Origin: an uncultured beta proteobacterium
Lineage (GTDB): Bacteria > Pseudomonadota > Gammaproteobacteria > Burkholderiales > Casimicrobiaceae
Direction: 5' to 3'
NCBI GenBank assembly: GCA_963811685.1
Contig: CAWESK010000024.1
Coordinates: 145,460 to 209,459 of the forward strand
Length of the DNA stretch: 64,000 nucleotides
Positions 29,641 to 39,710 of the stretch are shown in pieces. The notes beneath the pieces were generated by a model that ran no database searches, was not told the origin of the DNA, and saw nothing but the letters and a program-made list of their open reading frames with translations. Every line of letters starts with the position of its first letter. Position 1 is the stretch's first letter. A program made the position numbers and the translations under genes.

Positions 29641-30626
29641 GATCGCTGCTTCACTTTGAGCGGATGGTAGCAGCGGACCGTCTGCCCCTTCGCCGCGTCG
29701 CCGATCGGCTCCATCTCCGGCATTGCCCGGCAGACCTCGGTGGCGTAGGCGCAGCGATCGCGGAACGCGCAGCCCGCGGGCACGGCGAGCGGCGACGGCG
29801 CCATTCCGGGAATCTGGGCGAGACGCGTGCCGCGTGCGCTCATCGACGGCACGGAATCGAGGAGTCCCCGGGTATACGGATGGCGCGGCTGCGACAACAC
29901 GTCGAACACCGATCCCTGCTCGACGATCCGCCCCGCGTACATGACGCAGACACGATCGGCGAGACCCGCGATCACCGACAGGTCGTGCGTGATCCAGATC
30001 ATCGCCGCCGCGGTCTCGCGGGTGAGCTTCTGCATCTCGAACAGGATCTGGCCCTGGATCGTCACGTCGAGCGCCGTCGTCGGCTCGTCGGCGATGATGA
30101 GCACGGGGTCGTTCAGGAGCGCGATGGCGATCGCGACGCGCTGGCGCATGCCGCCGGAGAATTGATGGGGATACGCGACGAGACGTTCATCGGGCGACGG
30201 GATGCCGACCTTCGCGAGCGCCGCGCGCGCCTCCTCGCGCGCCGCCGCGCGGGCGACCCGCCGATGCGCGAGAATCGCCTCGATCATCTGGACGTCGATC
30301 CGCAGCACCGGATTCAGCGTCATCATCGGGTCCTGGAAGATCATCGCGATGCGGTTGCCGCGGAGCTGCCGCAGATCCTCGTCGCTCATCTTGCGGAGGT
30401 CGCGCCCTTCCAGACGCAGGTGCCCGGCGACGATGCGGCCGGGAGGATCGACGAGTCCCATGATCGAATAGCCGGTCATCGACTTGCCGGATCCGGACTC
30501 GCCGACGAGCCCGAGCACCTCGCCGCGCGCCACGGTGAAGGATACGTCGTCGACCGCCTTCACCACGCCCACCTTCGCGAAGAAGTGGGTCTTCAGGCCG
30601 TCGACTTCGAGGACGTCGGACTTCAT
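29637..30626 (-). CDS. Peptide (Dpp/Opp-type) ABC transporter ATP-binding protein
   Basis: Walker A GESGSGKSMT, signature FSGGMRQRVAIAIAL, Walker B IIADEPTTALD. Confidence 0.9.
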   Translation of the reverse strand: MKSDVLEVDGLKTHFFAKVGVVKAVDDVSFTVARGEVLGLVGESGSGKSMTGYSIMGLVDPPGRIVAGHLRLEGRDLRKMSDEDLRQLRGNRIAMIFQDPMMTLNPVLRIDVQMIEAILAHRRVARAAAREEARAALAKVGIPSPDERLVAYPHQFSGGMRQRVAIAIALLNDPVLIIADEPTTALDVTIQGQILFEMQKLTRETAAAMIWITHDLSVIAGLADRVCVMYAGRIVEQGSVFDVLSQPRHPYTRGLLDSVPSMSARGTRLAQIPGMAPSPLAVPAGCAFRDRCAYATEVCRAMPEMEPIGDAAKGQTVRCYHPLKVKQRS

Positions 30627-30636
30627 GCGCCGCGCG

Positions 30637-31548
30637 TCACTTCTGCAGCCGCGGGTTCAGCACGTCGCGCAGCTGGTCGGCGACGAGATTGATGCTGACG
30701 ATCGTCAGCAGGAGCGCGATCCCCGGAAAGAAGCTGATCCAGTATTTGCCCGAGAGCAGGTACTGATAGCCGTTCGCGATGAGCAGGCCGAGCGACGGCT
30801 CCGTGATCGGCAGTCCGAGACCGAGGAAGGATAGGGTCGCTTCGAGCGTGATCGCGGCCGCGACCTGCACCGTGGCGACGACGATCATCGGCGGCAGGCA
30901 ATTGGGCAGCAGGTGGTGGAACACGATGCGCCCGGGGGACAGCGCGAGACAGCGCGCGGCCTCGACGTATTCCTTGCGCTTCTCCACCAGCGCGGCGCTG
31001 CGCACCGTGCGCGCGTAATACGCCCACTGGACGGTGATGAGCGCGATGATGACCTTGCTCGTGCCCTGACCCAGCACCGCGATCAGGATCAGCGCGATCA
31101 GGATCGCCGGGAACGACAGCTGGATGTCGACGATCCGCATGACGAGCGCTTCCGTCCGGCCGCCGAAATACGCGGCCGGCAGCCCGGCGGCGAGGCCGAT
31201 GACGAGCGCCAGCGCGGTCGCGATGACGCCGACTGCGAGACTGATCCGCAAGCCGTAGAGAATCGCCGACCACATGTCGCGGCCCTGATCGTCGGTGCCG
31301 AGCCAGAACGTTCCTCCGGCTGGCGTCTTCGATCCTGGCGGCAAGCGGCTGTCCATCACGTCGAGCTGCGCGAGGTCGTACGGATTCTGCGGCGACAGCC
31401 ACGGCGCGAAGAGCGCAAGGAAGAGGATGACCCCGAGCAGCGCCAGCCCGAACACCGCCACCGGGTTCGCGCAGAAATCGGAAACGATGCGCCGGAACGG
31501 CGTCTCGACGGCACGGACCGCAGGCGTCGCGACGGGGAGGCTCGCCAC
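30637..31548 (-). CDS. Peptide ABC transporter permease (DppC-like)
   Basis: 303-aa polytopic protein with the BPD_transp_1 pattern and an N-terminal OppC-like segment. Confidence 0.88.
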   Translation of the reverse strand: MASLPVATPAVRAVETPFRRIVSDFCANPVAVFGLALLGVILFLALFAPWLSPQNPYDLAQLDVMDSRLPPGSKTPAGGTFWLGTDDQGRDMWSAILYGLRISLAVGVIATALALVIGLAAGLPAAYFGGRTEALVMRIVDIQLSFPAILIALILIAVLGQGTSKVIIALITVQWAYYARTVRSAALVEKRKEYVEAARCLALSPGRIVFHHLLPNCLPPMIVVATVQVAAAITLEATLSFLGLGLPITEPSLGLLIANGYQYLLSGKYWISFFPGIALLLTIVSINLVADQLRDVLNPRLQK

Positions 31549-31551
31549 GCG

Positions 31552-32532
31552 TCACCCCCTGCTCTCGGTCAACCGGACGCGCGGGTCGAGCGCCGAGTAG
31601 AGCACGTCGACGGCCAGGTTGATCGCGATGAAAAAGGTCACGATGACGAGCAGGTAGGCGACGATCACCGGCCGGTCGAGGACGCCGATCGAATCGATCA
31701 GCAGCTTGCCCATCCCGGGCCACGCGAACACGCTCTCGGTGACGATCGCGAACGCGATCAGCGCGCCGAACTGCAGCCCGATGACGGTGACGATCGGGAT
31801 CAGGATGTTGCGCAGCACGTGGACGCCGATCACGCGTGCGTTGGTGAGGCCCTTGGCGCGCGCGAACTTGACGTAGTCCTGCAGCAGCGCCTCGTGCGCG
31901 CCCGAGCGGGTCAGCCGGATCAGCAGCGCGATGTTGAAGAGCGCGAGGTTGGTGGCCGGCATGACGAGATGCTTCAGGCCGTCGATCGAAAGGAACGACA
32001 CCGGGATCACCCCGAAGAGCAGCGTCGTCGGGCCGCGGCCGTTGGAAGGCAGCCAGCCCAGCATTACCGAGAACACCATGATCATCATCAGGCCGACCCA
32101 GAACGTGGGCAGCGAGAAGCCGAGGATCGAGCCCGTCATGATCGCGCGCCCGGCCACGCCGTTCGGCTTGAGACCTGCCCACAGGCCGAGCGGGATCCCG
32201 AGGACGACCGCGATCAGCATCGCGCTGAACGCGAGCTCCATCGTCGCCGGCATGCGCTCGAGAATCAGCCCGAGCGCGGACGTGCTGTGCACGAACGACC
32301 GGCCGAGGTCGCCGTGCATCACGCCGGACAGAAACGTGAAATATTGCTCCCACAGCGGCTTGTCGAGGCCGAGCGCCGCGATCGCGTGCTCGCGCTCGAT
32401 CTGGTCGGCCTGCGGGTTGATGAGGATGTCGATCGGATTGCCGATCGCATAGACGCCGGCGAACACGAGCAGCGACATCACGAACAGCACGACGACGCTC
32501 TGCAGGCTGCGGCGGATGATGTAGACGAGCAT
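31552..32532 (-). CDS. Peptide ABC transporter permease (DppB-like)
   Basis: 326 aa, starting MLVYIIRRSLQSVVVLFVMSLLVF..., the typical DppB/OppB N-terminus. Confidence 0.88.
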   Translation of the reverse strand: MLVYIIRRSLQSVVVLFVMSLLVFAGVYAIGNPIDILINPQADQIEREHAIAALGLDKPLWEQYFTFLSGVMHGDLGRSFVHSTSALGLILERMPATMELAFSAMLIAVVLGIPLGLWAGLKPNGVAGRAIMTGSILGFSLPTFWVGLMMIMVFSVMLGWLPSNGRGPTTLLFGVIPVSFLSIDGLKHLVMPATNLALFNIALLIRLTRSGAHEALLQDYVKFARAKGLTNARVIGVHVLRNILIPIVTVIGLQFGALIAFAIVTESVFAWPGMGKLLIDSIGVLDRPVIVAYLLVIVTFFIAINLAVDVLYSALDPRVRLTESRG

Positions 32533-32607
32533 CGGCGTGGCGGCGGATTCCTAAACGTCAACGGCGGCCGGGATCACCCGACCGCCGCCATTGACGACGC
32601 ACGGGAG

Positions 32608-34194
32608 TCAGCCCTTGACCGGCCGGAACTGGAACGCGAGCGTGTATTCGTCGGTGCGCGGCGTGTACGCGACGTTTTTCGTCGTTGCCCAGACCGTGAA
32701 CTGGAAATGGATCGGCATGATGCCGAGGTCCTCCATCGCAAGCTTGGTCGCGTTCTGCAGCATCGCGCTGCGGTTCTCGTCGTCGACCTGCTGCAGCGCC
32801 TGCTCGATCAGGTAGTCGACCTTGACGTTGCTGTAGCGGCCCCAGTTCACCGCGCCCAGGCCCTTGTCGCGGTTGAACGTCGCGATCAGCGAGCGCAGCG
32901 GGCTCGACGCCTCGCCGGTCGACGCGCCCCAGCCCACCATGTGGAAGCTGAATTCCTGCTTCGACGCGCGCGCCGAGTACGGGGCCATCGGCGCCGTCTC
33001 GACCTTCGAGACGATGCCCACGCGCGTCAGCATCTGCGCCACGGCCTGGACGATCTTCTCGTCGTTCACGTAGCGCCCGGACGGACCGTGGATCGTGATG
33101 TTGAAGCCGTCCGGATAGCCCGCTTCGGCGAGGAGCTTCTTCGCCCCTTCGGGGTCATACGCATCGGCCTTGAGGCCCGGCACGTGGCCGAACAGCTTGT
33201 CGGAGACGAGCTGGCCGGACGGGACTGCCTGCCCCTCCATCACGCGCTCGGCGATCGCCTGCCGGTTGATCGCCTTGGAGATCGCGCGGCGCACCCGGAC
33301 GTCGAGCAGCGGATTCTTGTCCATCGGCTTGCCGGCCTTGTCGGTGATGAACGGGCTGACGCGCGCGAGGTGGTCGAAATTGAAATAGATCACGCGATGC
33401 GAGATCTTCGAGCTCACCTTGAACTTGGGATCGGCCTTGATGCGCGCGAGATCGGCGGTAGGCGTCTGCTCGATCGCGTCGACGTCGCCCGAAAGAAGCG
33501 CCGCCACCCGCGCCGACTCGTTCTTGATGATCTTGAACGTGACGTGCTCCCACGGCGACTTCTCGCCCCAGTAATTGTCGTTGCGGACGAGATCGATGCG
33601 GTCGCCGGAGGTGTACTTGACGAGCTTGTAGCGTCCGCTGCCGATCGCTGCCTTGCCGCTGTTGAAGTCCTCGGTGGAGGCGCCCGTCGCCACCTTTTTC
33701 GACACGATGTAGATCGTCGACAGGTCCGTCGGGGCGAGCGGATACGGCGCCGCGTACTTGAACCGGATCGTGTAGGGATCGACGATCTCCTTCGCGATGA
33801 TGGCCTTCGTGTACGCGGAGAAGGGGCCGGGGCTGTTCGGCACGTTGGGCACGCGGTCGATGGAGAACACGACATCCTCGGCGGTCAGCTCCGAGCCGTC
33901 GGTGAACTTGACCCCTTTGCGCAGCTTGAATTCCCACGTCTTGTCGTCGATCGCCTTCCATGACGTCGCAAGCCCCGGAATCAGCTTCGAATCGGCGTCC
34001 ATCTGCACGAGCTTGTCGAAGACGTGCTCGGCGACGTTGTTGTTCGGGAACAGGTTGAAGAAATGCGGATCCATCGACGTGACGTCGGCGGCGACGGCGA
34101 TCTTGAGGTCCGCCGCCGGGACCAGCGGCGACAGCGCGAAGGCCGCCGCGGCGGCGGCAATGGACAGTGCTCGGCGTAGCGGCGAATGGCGCAT
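32608..34194 (-). CDS. ABC transporter substrate-binding protein, family 5 (DppA/OppA-like)
   Basis: 528 aa with a signal peptide (..AAAAAFALSPLVPAADL) and the SBP_bac_5 pattern. Confidence 0.88.
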   Translation of the reverse strand: MRHSPLRRALSIAAAAAAFALSPLVPAADLKIAVAADVTSMDPHFFNLFPNNNVAEHVFDKLVQMDADSKLIPGLATSWKAIDDKTWEFKLRKGVKFTDGSELTAEDVVFSIDRVPNVPNSPGPFSAYTKAIIAKEIVDPYTIRFKYAAPYPLAPTDLSTIYIVSKKVATGASTEDFNSGKAAIGSGRYKLVKYTSGDRIDLVRNDNYWGEKSPWEHVTFKIIKNESARVAALLSGDVDAIEQTPTADLARIKADPKFKVSSKISHRVIYFNFDHLARVSPFITDKAGKPMDKNPLLDVRVRRAISKAINRQAIAERVMEGQAVPSGQLVSDKLFGHVPGLKADAYDPEGAKKLLAEAGYPDGFNITIHGPSGRYVNDEKIVQAVAQMLTRVGIVSKVETAPMAPYSARASKQEFSFHMVGWGASTGEASSPLRSLIATFNRDKGLGAVNWGRYSNVKVDYLIEQALQQVDDENRSAMLQNATKLAMEDLGIMPIHFQFTVWATTKNVAYTPRTDEYTLAFQFRPVKG

Positions 34195-34301
34195 CGAATA
34201 ACCTCGGCTTCAAAAAGGGAAAGGGCGATGCGCCGCGCCGACGGCCGGCTGCGCGCGGTGGGAATCGTGACGCAATCTATCGCGAAAGGCCCGGCAGCGT
34301 C

Positions 34302-34327
34302 AAAACGAGCGCGCTCCCCGCGCTCGG
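34302..34327 (-). terminator. Rho-independent terminator after the Tat-FAH gene
   Basis: On the minus strand: CGAGCGCG-GGGAG-CGCGCTCG followed by TTTT, immediately 3' of the stop at 34331. Confidence 0.6.
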
Positions 34328-34330
34328 GGA

Positions 34331-35125
34331 TCAGACGACCTTGACGCGAAGGTCCGGGAGACCGTCGATATGCGCGTCCATGATGTCGCCCTTGACCACC
34401 GGACCGACATTCTCGGGGGTGCCGCTGTAGATGATGTCGCCCGGCATCAGCTCGAATGCCTTCGAGAGATTGCTCACCTGCTCGGCGACGCTCCAGATCA
34501 TCTGCTTGAGATTGGCGTCCTGCTTGGTCGCGCCGTTGACCTTGAGCCAGATCGACCCCTGCGTGAAATGGCCGGTCTTCGCCGCGGGCTGCAGCAGTCC
34601 CAGCACCGCCGAATGATCGAAGCTCTTGCCGATTTCCCAGGGTTTCTTCTCGTCCCCCATCGCCCGCTGCAGGTCGCGGCGCGTCATGTCGAGCCCGACC
34701 GTGTAGGCCATCACCATGTCGAGCGCCCGCTCGATGGGAACGTCGCGGCCGCCCTTGCCCAGCGCGGCGACGAGCTCCACTTCGTAGTGGTAATTCTTCG
34801 TCAGTGTCGGATAGGGATGGTCGATCGTCTCGCCGGGCGGCGCGAGCTGTATCGCATCGGTCGGCTTCTGGAAGAAGAACGGCGGCTCGCGATTCGGATC
34901 CGACCCCATCTCGCGCGCATGCGCGGCATAGTTGCGGCCGATGCAGTAGATCCGCCGGACCGGGAACATCTCGCCCGTGCCCGCGATGGGAATGTAGGTC
35001 TGCGCGATGGCGAACGGCGTGCGCGGCTGTGCCTGTGCCGCCGCCGTCCCTGCTCCCCCCGCGGCGGTCCCGGCCATGAGCATCGCCGCCGATTTCAGCA
35101 ATTGACGACGCTGGTTTCGCTTCAT
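34331..35125 (-). CDS. Fumarylacetoacetate hydrolase (FAH) family protein with a twin-arginine signal peptide
   Basis: ATG at 35125 lies 5 nt after GGAGGAGG. N-terminus MKRNQRRQLLKSAAMLMAGTAAGGAGTAAAQA. The FAH domain follows (IYCIGRNYAAHAREMG...FFFQKP...YHYEVELV...IIYSGTPENVGPV). Confidence 0.85.
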   Translation of the reverse strand: MKRNQRRQLLKSAAMLMAGTAAGGAGTAAAQAQPRTPFAIAQTYIPIAGTGEMFPVRRIYCIGRNYAAHAREMGSDPNREPPFFFQKPTDAIQLAPPGETIDHPYPTLTKNYHYEVELVAALGKGGRDVPIERALDMVMAYTVGLDMTRRDLQRAMGDEKKPWEIGKSFDHSAVLGLLQPAAKTGHFTQGSIWLKVNGATKQDANLKQMIWSVAEQVSNLSKAFELMPGDIIYSGTPENVGPVVKGDIMDAHIDGLPDLRVKVV

Positions 35126-35159
35126 GTTGCCTCCTCCAAATGACGCATTGCCGACCGGG

Positions 35160-35705
35160 TCACTCGCACTTCGGGAGGTGGCCGGCGACGAGCGCTTCAA
35201 GCGTACCGTAAAACTGCTCGTCCGTGACGACATCGCGTGCCGCCATTGCGCGCGCCTCGTCGTCGGACAACGGAGCGCCCGCCGGCGCCCAGGCGCGTGC
35301 CGTCACGAGCTCGCCCCGCTCGTAGCGAAGGTCGGTGCGCGGCTTGCCGTTCGAATGCCACGACCGCTTTTCGCCGTGCAGCCGATCGTCGACGTACGCC
35401 GCCTCCGACTTGCGCGGCGCGTCGGCCCCCCGCGCCGGCGGGGCGTACCAGAGCGCGATGGTTCCGGCCTTGCGATCGGTGTCGTAGGGGACGACGGCGA
35501 TGCGCGCGCCGCGCTCCGACCAGAAGAGGAAGGTGCCGGTGCGCCGGCCCTTGGCAAAGGCGCCCGCCACGCGCAGCCGCCCGTCGGCGGAGCGCAGCGT
35601 GTAGGCGCCGTTCGGTTCGCCGTCGCGGCAGGCGCCTTCGACGACGAGACTTTGCGCCATCGCTGCAGGGGCGAGTGCTGCGAGCGCGAAAGCGAGCCGC
35701 CGCAA
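35160..35705 (-). CDS. Secreted MORN-variant-repeat protein (YwqK-like)
   Basis: The proposed TTG start at 35705 gives the signal peptide (M)RRLAFALAALAPAAMA. G..G....W...G repeats follow. The start codon choice is uncertain. Confidence 0.55.
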   Translation of the reverse strand: MRRLAFALAALAPAAMAQSLVVEGACRDGEPNGAYTLRSADGRLRVAGAFAKGRRTGTFLFWSERGARIAVVPYDTDRKAGTIALWYAPPARGADAPRKSEAAYVDDRLHGEKRSWHSNGKPRTDLRYERGELVTARAWAPAGAPLSDDEARAMAARDVVTDEQFYGTLEALVAGHLPKCE

Positions 35706-35722
35706 CCATGTGCACGCCGTGC

Positions 35723-36696
35723 TCAGCTGCGCTTCGCCCACCACGCGCCGAGCTCGCCGACGATCCCGCGCCGGAACGCGAGCACGCAGACGACGAAGAT
35801 GACTCCCGTGATGATCGTCACCCATTCGCCGAAGGGCGCCGAGGTAGACTTTCGAGCGCGACGACGACGATCGCGCCGGCGACCGGGCCGAAGATCGTTC
35901 CCATTCCGCCGAGGAGCACCATCAGCACGACTTCGCCCGAGGTGCCCCAGTAGACGTCGGTGAGGGAAGCCAGCTGGAACACGATGGCCTTGGTCGCACC
36001 GGCGAGCCCGGCGAGCGTCGCCGACAGGACGAACGCCAGGAACTTGTAGCGATCGGCGTCGTAGCCCAGCGACACTGCGCGCGGCTCGTTCTCCTTGATG
36101 GCCTTCAGCACGTTGCCGAAGGGCGAGTGGATCACGCGATAGATGAGGAGGAAGCCGAGCAGGAAGATCGCGAGCACGACGTAGTAGATGACGAGCGGCC
36201 GCGACAGGTCGAGGACGCCGAGCAGCATGCCGCGCGGGACGGCCTGGATGCCGTCCTCGCCGTGCGTGAACGGCGCCTGGATGTAGAAGAAATACACCAT
36301 CTGGGCGATCGCGAGGGTGATCATCGCAAAGTAGATGCCCTGACGGCGGATCGCGAGCGCACCGACGACCGTGCCGAGCAGCGCCGCCGCGAGGGTCCCG
36401 AGCAGGATCGCGAGCTCGGGCGGCGCGCCCCACACCTTCGCGGCGTACGCGCACGCGTAGCCGGCGGTGCCGAGGAACATCGCGTGGCCGAAGGAGAGGA
36501 GTCCGCCGAAGCCCAGCAGCAGGTTGAAGGCACACGCGAAGAGCGCGAAGCACATCGCCTTCATCGCGAAACACCGGGTACACGCCGACGAACGGCGCGA
36601 GGGCGAAGGCCGCCGCCATCACCGCGCGTTCCGACGGCGAAGCCGCGCGCAGCGCGGGGCGTCGCGGCAACGGCGGCGATCGGGAGTCGCCGCCAT
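35723..36696 (-). pseudogene. livM: Branched-chain amino-acid ABC transporter permease (LivM-like), frame-disrupted
   Basis: The core (MKAMCFALFACAFNLLLGFGGLLSFGHAMF...) is in one frame. The N-terminus (..AAAFALAPFVGVYPVF) and C-terminus (FGEWVTIITGVIFVVCVLAFRRGIVGELG) are in another. Frame changes lie near 36566 and 35840. The N-terminal boundary is uncertain. Confidence 0.75.
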
Positions 36697-36697
36697 G

Positions 36698-37585
36698 TCA
36701 GCGCTCGCGGCCGAACAGGCCGGCCGGCTTGATCAGGAGCACGACGACCATGATGACGAAGATCACCGTGCTCGACGCCTCGGGATAGAAAACTTTCGTG
36801 AGGCCCTTCGACCACTCCGAGCCCGAATCCGGTGAGGATCGAGCCCATGATCGAGCCCATGCCGCCGATGACGACGACCGCGAACACGACGATGATCATG
36901 TCGGCGCCCATGAGCGGGTTCACCTGGTAGATCGGCGCGGCCATCACGCCTCCCAGCGCGGCGAGCCCGACGCCGAAGCCGTAGGTCAGCGTGATCATCC
37001 GGGGCACGTTGACGCCGAATGCCCGGACGAGCGACGGATTCTCGGTCGCCGCACGCAGGTACGAGCCCAGCTTCGTGCGCTCGATCACGTACCACGTCGA
37101 GAGGCAGACGGCGAGCGAGGCCACGATCACCCAGGCGCGGTACTTGGGCAGGAACATGAAACCGAGATCGATGCCGCCCGACAGCTCCGGCGGGATCTGG
37201 TACGGCAGCCCGGAGGAGCCGAATTCGTTGCGGAACAGCCCCTGGATGATCAGCGCGAGACCGAAGGTGAGCAGCAGACCGTAGAGGTGGTCGAGCTTGT
37301 AGAGGCGCGAGAGCATCGTGCGCTCGATGATCATGCCGAAGATTCCCATCGACGAGCGGCGTGATCGCGAGCGCCCACCAGTAGCCGATGCCGAGCTTGG
37401 TGCAGCAGGAACCACGCGCAGAACGCGCCCATCATGTATTGCGCGCCGTGCGTGAAGTTGATGATGTTGAGGAGGCCGAAGATCACCGCGAGCCCGAGCG
37501 ACAGCAGCGCGTAGAACGAGCCGTTGATGAGCCCGATCAGCAACTGGCCGAACAGCGCCTGCGTCGAGATGCCGAAGATTTCCAT
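36698..37585 (-). pseudogene. livH: Branched-chain amino-acid ABC transporter permease (LivH-like), frame-disrupted
   Basis: The conserved LivH sequence can be followed through four frames, with changes near 37402, 37350 and 36805. The restored C-terminus reads LTKVFYPEASSTVIFVIMVVVLLIKPAGLFGRER and ends at TGA 36700-36698. Confidence 0.8.
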
Positions 37586-37622
37586 GGAAGACTTCTGATG
37601 TAGCCCCGTCCCGATGCCCCTG

Positions 37623-37644
37623 CCCTCTCCGCGGCGGGAGAGGG
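37623..37644 (-). promoter_or_regulatory. Intercistronic hairpin after the Liv binding-protein gene
   Basis: CCCTCTCC-GCGGCG-GGAGAGGG, an 8-bp stem between the binding-protein stop (37661) and the livH start (37585). Confidence 0.4.
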
Positions 37645-37660
37645 CGGAGGCCGGGCCGAG

Positions 37661-38884
37661 TCTACTTAACCAAGGGACATTCGCCGTCCTTCAGCGGCCG
37701 GAATGCCTGGTCGGCCGGGAATCGTCGCGACGATCTTGTAATAGTCCCACGGGTACTTCGATTCCGCCGGCGTCTTGACCTGCACGAGATAGGCCGGGTG
37801 GATCTTGCGGCCGTCGACGCGCACGCTGCCCTTGCCGAACAGCGGATCGTCGGTCGGCATTTCCTTCATCTTGGCGATCACCTTCGTGCCGTCGTCGCTC
37901 TTCAGCGCTTCCACCGCCTTGAGATAGTGCAGCAGCGACGAGTAGACGCCGGCGTGGACCATCGTCGGGTAGATGCCCTTGTCCAGCGCCTGGAAGCGCT
38001 TCGCGAACGCCCGCGTCTGGTCGTTCATGTCCCAGTAGAACGTCTCGGTGAACGTGAGACCCTGCGCGGTCGGCAGGCCCAGCGAGTGGATGTCGGTCAG
38101 GAACACGAGCAAGCCCGGCGAGCTTCTGGCCGCCCTTCGTGATGCCGAACTCGGACGCCTGCTTGATCGAGTTCGTCGTGTCGCCGCCCGCGTTGGCGAG
38201 GCCGATGACCTTGGCCTTCGACGCCTGCGCCTGCAGCAGGAACGAGCTGAAGTCCTGCGTAGTTGAGGGGCGCCTTCACGCCGCTCCGACGACCTTGCCG
38301 CCGTTCTTGACCACCGCCGCGCTGGTGTCGCGCTCGAGCGCGGCGCCGAACGCGTAGTCCGCGGTGATGAAGAACCAGGTGTCGCCGCCCGTCTTGGTGA
38401 TCGCCGTGCCCGTGCCGTTCGCGAGCATCCAGGTGTCGTAGGCCCAGTGGATCGTGTTCGGCGAGCACGCCTTGCCGGTCAGATCCGAGCTGCCCGGCCC
38501 GGATGCGAGGAACGCCTTGCCCTTGTCCTTGGTGATCTGGCTCACGGCCAGCGCGACGCCCGAGTTCGGCGTGTCGACGATCACGTCCACCTTGTCGGCG
38601 TCGTACCACTGCCGCGCGACGGCCGAGCCGACGTCGGGCTTGTTCTGGTGGTCGGCCGAGACGATCTCGACCTTGTAGCCGCGCTTTTCGATGCCGGAAT
38701 CCTCGACCGCCATGCTTCGCGGCGACGACCGAACCGGCGCCGGCCAGGTCGGTGTAGAGGCTCGACATGTCGGACAGCACGCCGATCTTGATGACGTTGT
38801 CGGAGATCTGCGCGCTGCGCGGCGCCGGTGCCGAGCGCCGCCGCGACGGCGAAGCGCGACCAGGTTGCGTTGCATTGCTTTCAT
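37661..38884 (-). pseudogene. Branched-chain amino-acid ABC transporter substrate-binding protein (LivK/J-like), heavily frame-disrupted
   Basis: ATG at 38884 follows AGGAG. The Peripla_BP_6-like sequence is recoverable only by hopping frames near 38854, 38814, 38715, 38282, 38261, 38110 and 37715. The restored C-terminus is ..IPADQAFRPLKDGECPLVK. Confidence 0.8.
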
Positions 38885-38956
38885 CGTTGCTCCTTCAAAG
38901 GATCATCTGTCGCCCGCCCTGAGCCGGCGCGCGGATATCAATCGGTGGGTGTGGCG

Positions 38957-39710
38957 TCAGACACCGAGATAGTCGTGGAGCTTCTCCATGTTGGCATCGA
39001 GCTCCGCGTTGGGAATCATGTCGACCACGCGCCCGTGGTCCATCACGTAATGCCGGTCGGCGACGGTTGCCGCGAAGCGGAAGTTCTGCTCGACCAGCAG
39101 GATCGTGAAGCCCTGCGCCTTGAGCTTCGCGATCGTGCGCCCGATCTGCTGGACGATCACCGGCGCCAGGCCCTCGGTGGGCTCGTCGAGCAGCAGGAGG
39201 CGCGCGCCGGTGCGCAGGATCCGGCCGATCGCGAGCATCTGCTGCTCGCCGCCCGAGAGCTTCGTGCCCTGGCTCCGCAAGCCGCTCGCGCAGGTTCGGG
39301 AACAGCTCGAAGATCTGGTCGACGGAGAGCCCGCCCTCGCGCACCGCGGGCGGCAGCAGCAGGTTCTCCTCGACGTCGAGCGACGCGAAGATGCCGCGCT
39401 CCTCAGGGCACCAGGCGATGCCGAGACGCGCGATCCGGTTCGACGCGAGCTTCACCGTTTCCGTTCCTTCGAACAGGATCGAGCCTTCGCGGCGCGGCAC
39501 CACGCCCATGATCGACTTCAGCGTCGTGGTCTTGCCGGCGCCGTTGCGTCCGAGGAGCGTCACGACCTCGCCCGCCGTCACGTCGAAGTCGACGCCGTGC
39601 AGCACGTGCGACTCGCCGTACCACGCGTTGAGATTGCGCACGGCGAGGAGCGGCGCTCCCGCCGGTGCGGCGGCGCCCGGAACCGCGGCCGCGGCACGCT
39701 CGTCAGGCAT
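38957..39710 (-). pseudogene. livF: Branched-chain amino-acid ABC transporter ATP-binding protein (LivF-like), one frame change
   Basis: Walker A GRNGAGKTT in the upstream frame. LSGGEQQMLAIGR and LLLLDEPTEGLAP are in the downstream frame. The change is near 39281. Confidence 0.8.

Noticed and set aside
30913-33963. 1016-aa plus-strand ORF, and similar very long ORFs such as 13518..16112, 958..3201, 7290..9737, 18475..20676 and 59543..61858
   Set aside because: They run antisense to, or out of frame with, genes that have clear family signatures. They are Arg/Asp/His/Pro-rich low-complexity translations with no recognisable motifs and no SD. These are typical shadow ORFs of GC-rich DNA, where stop codons are rare.
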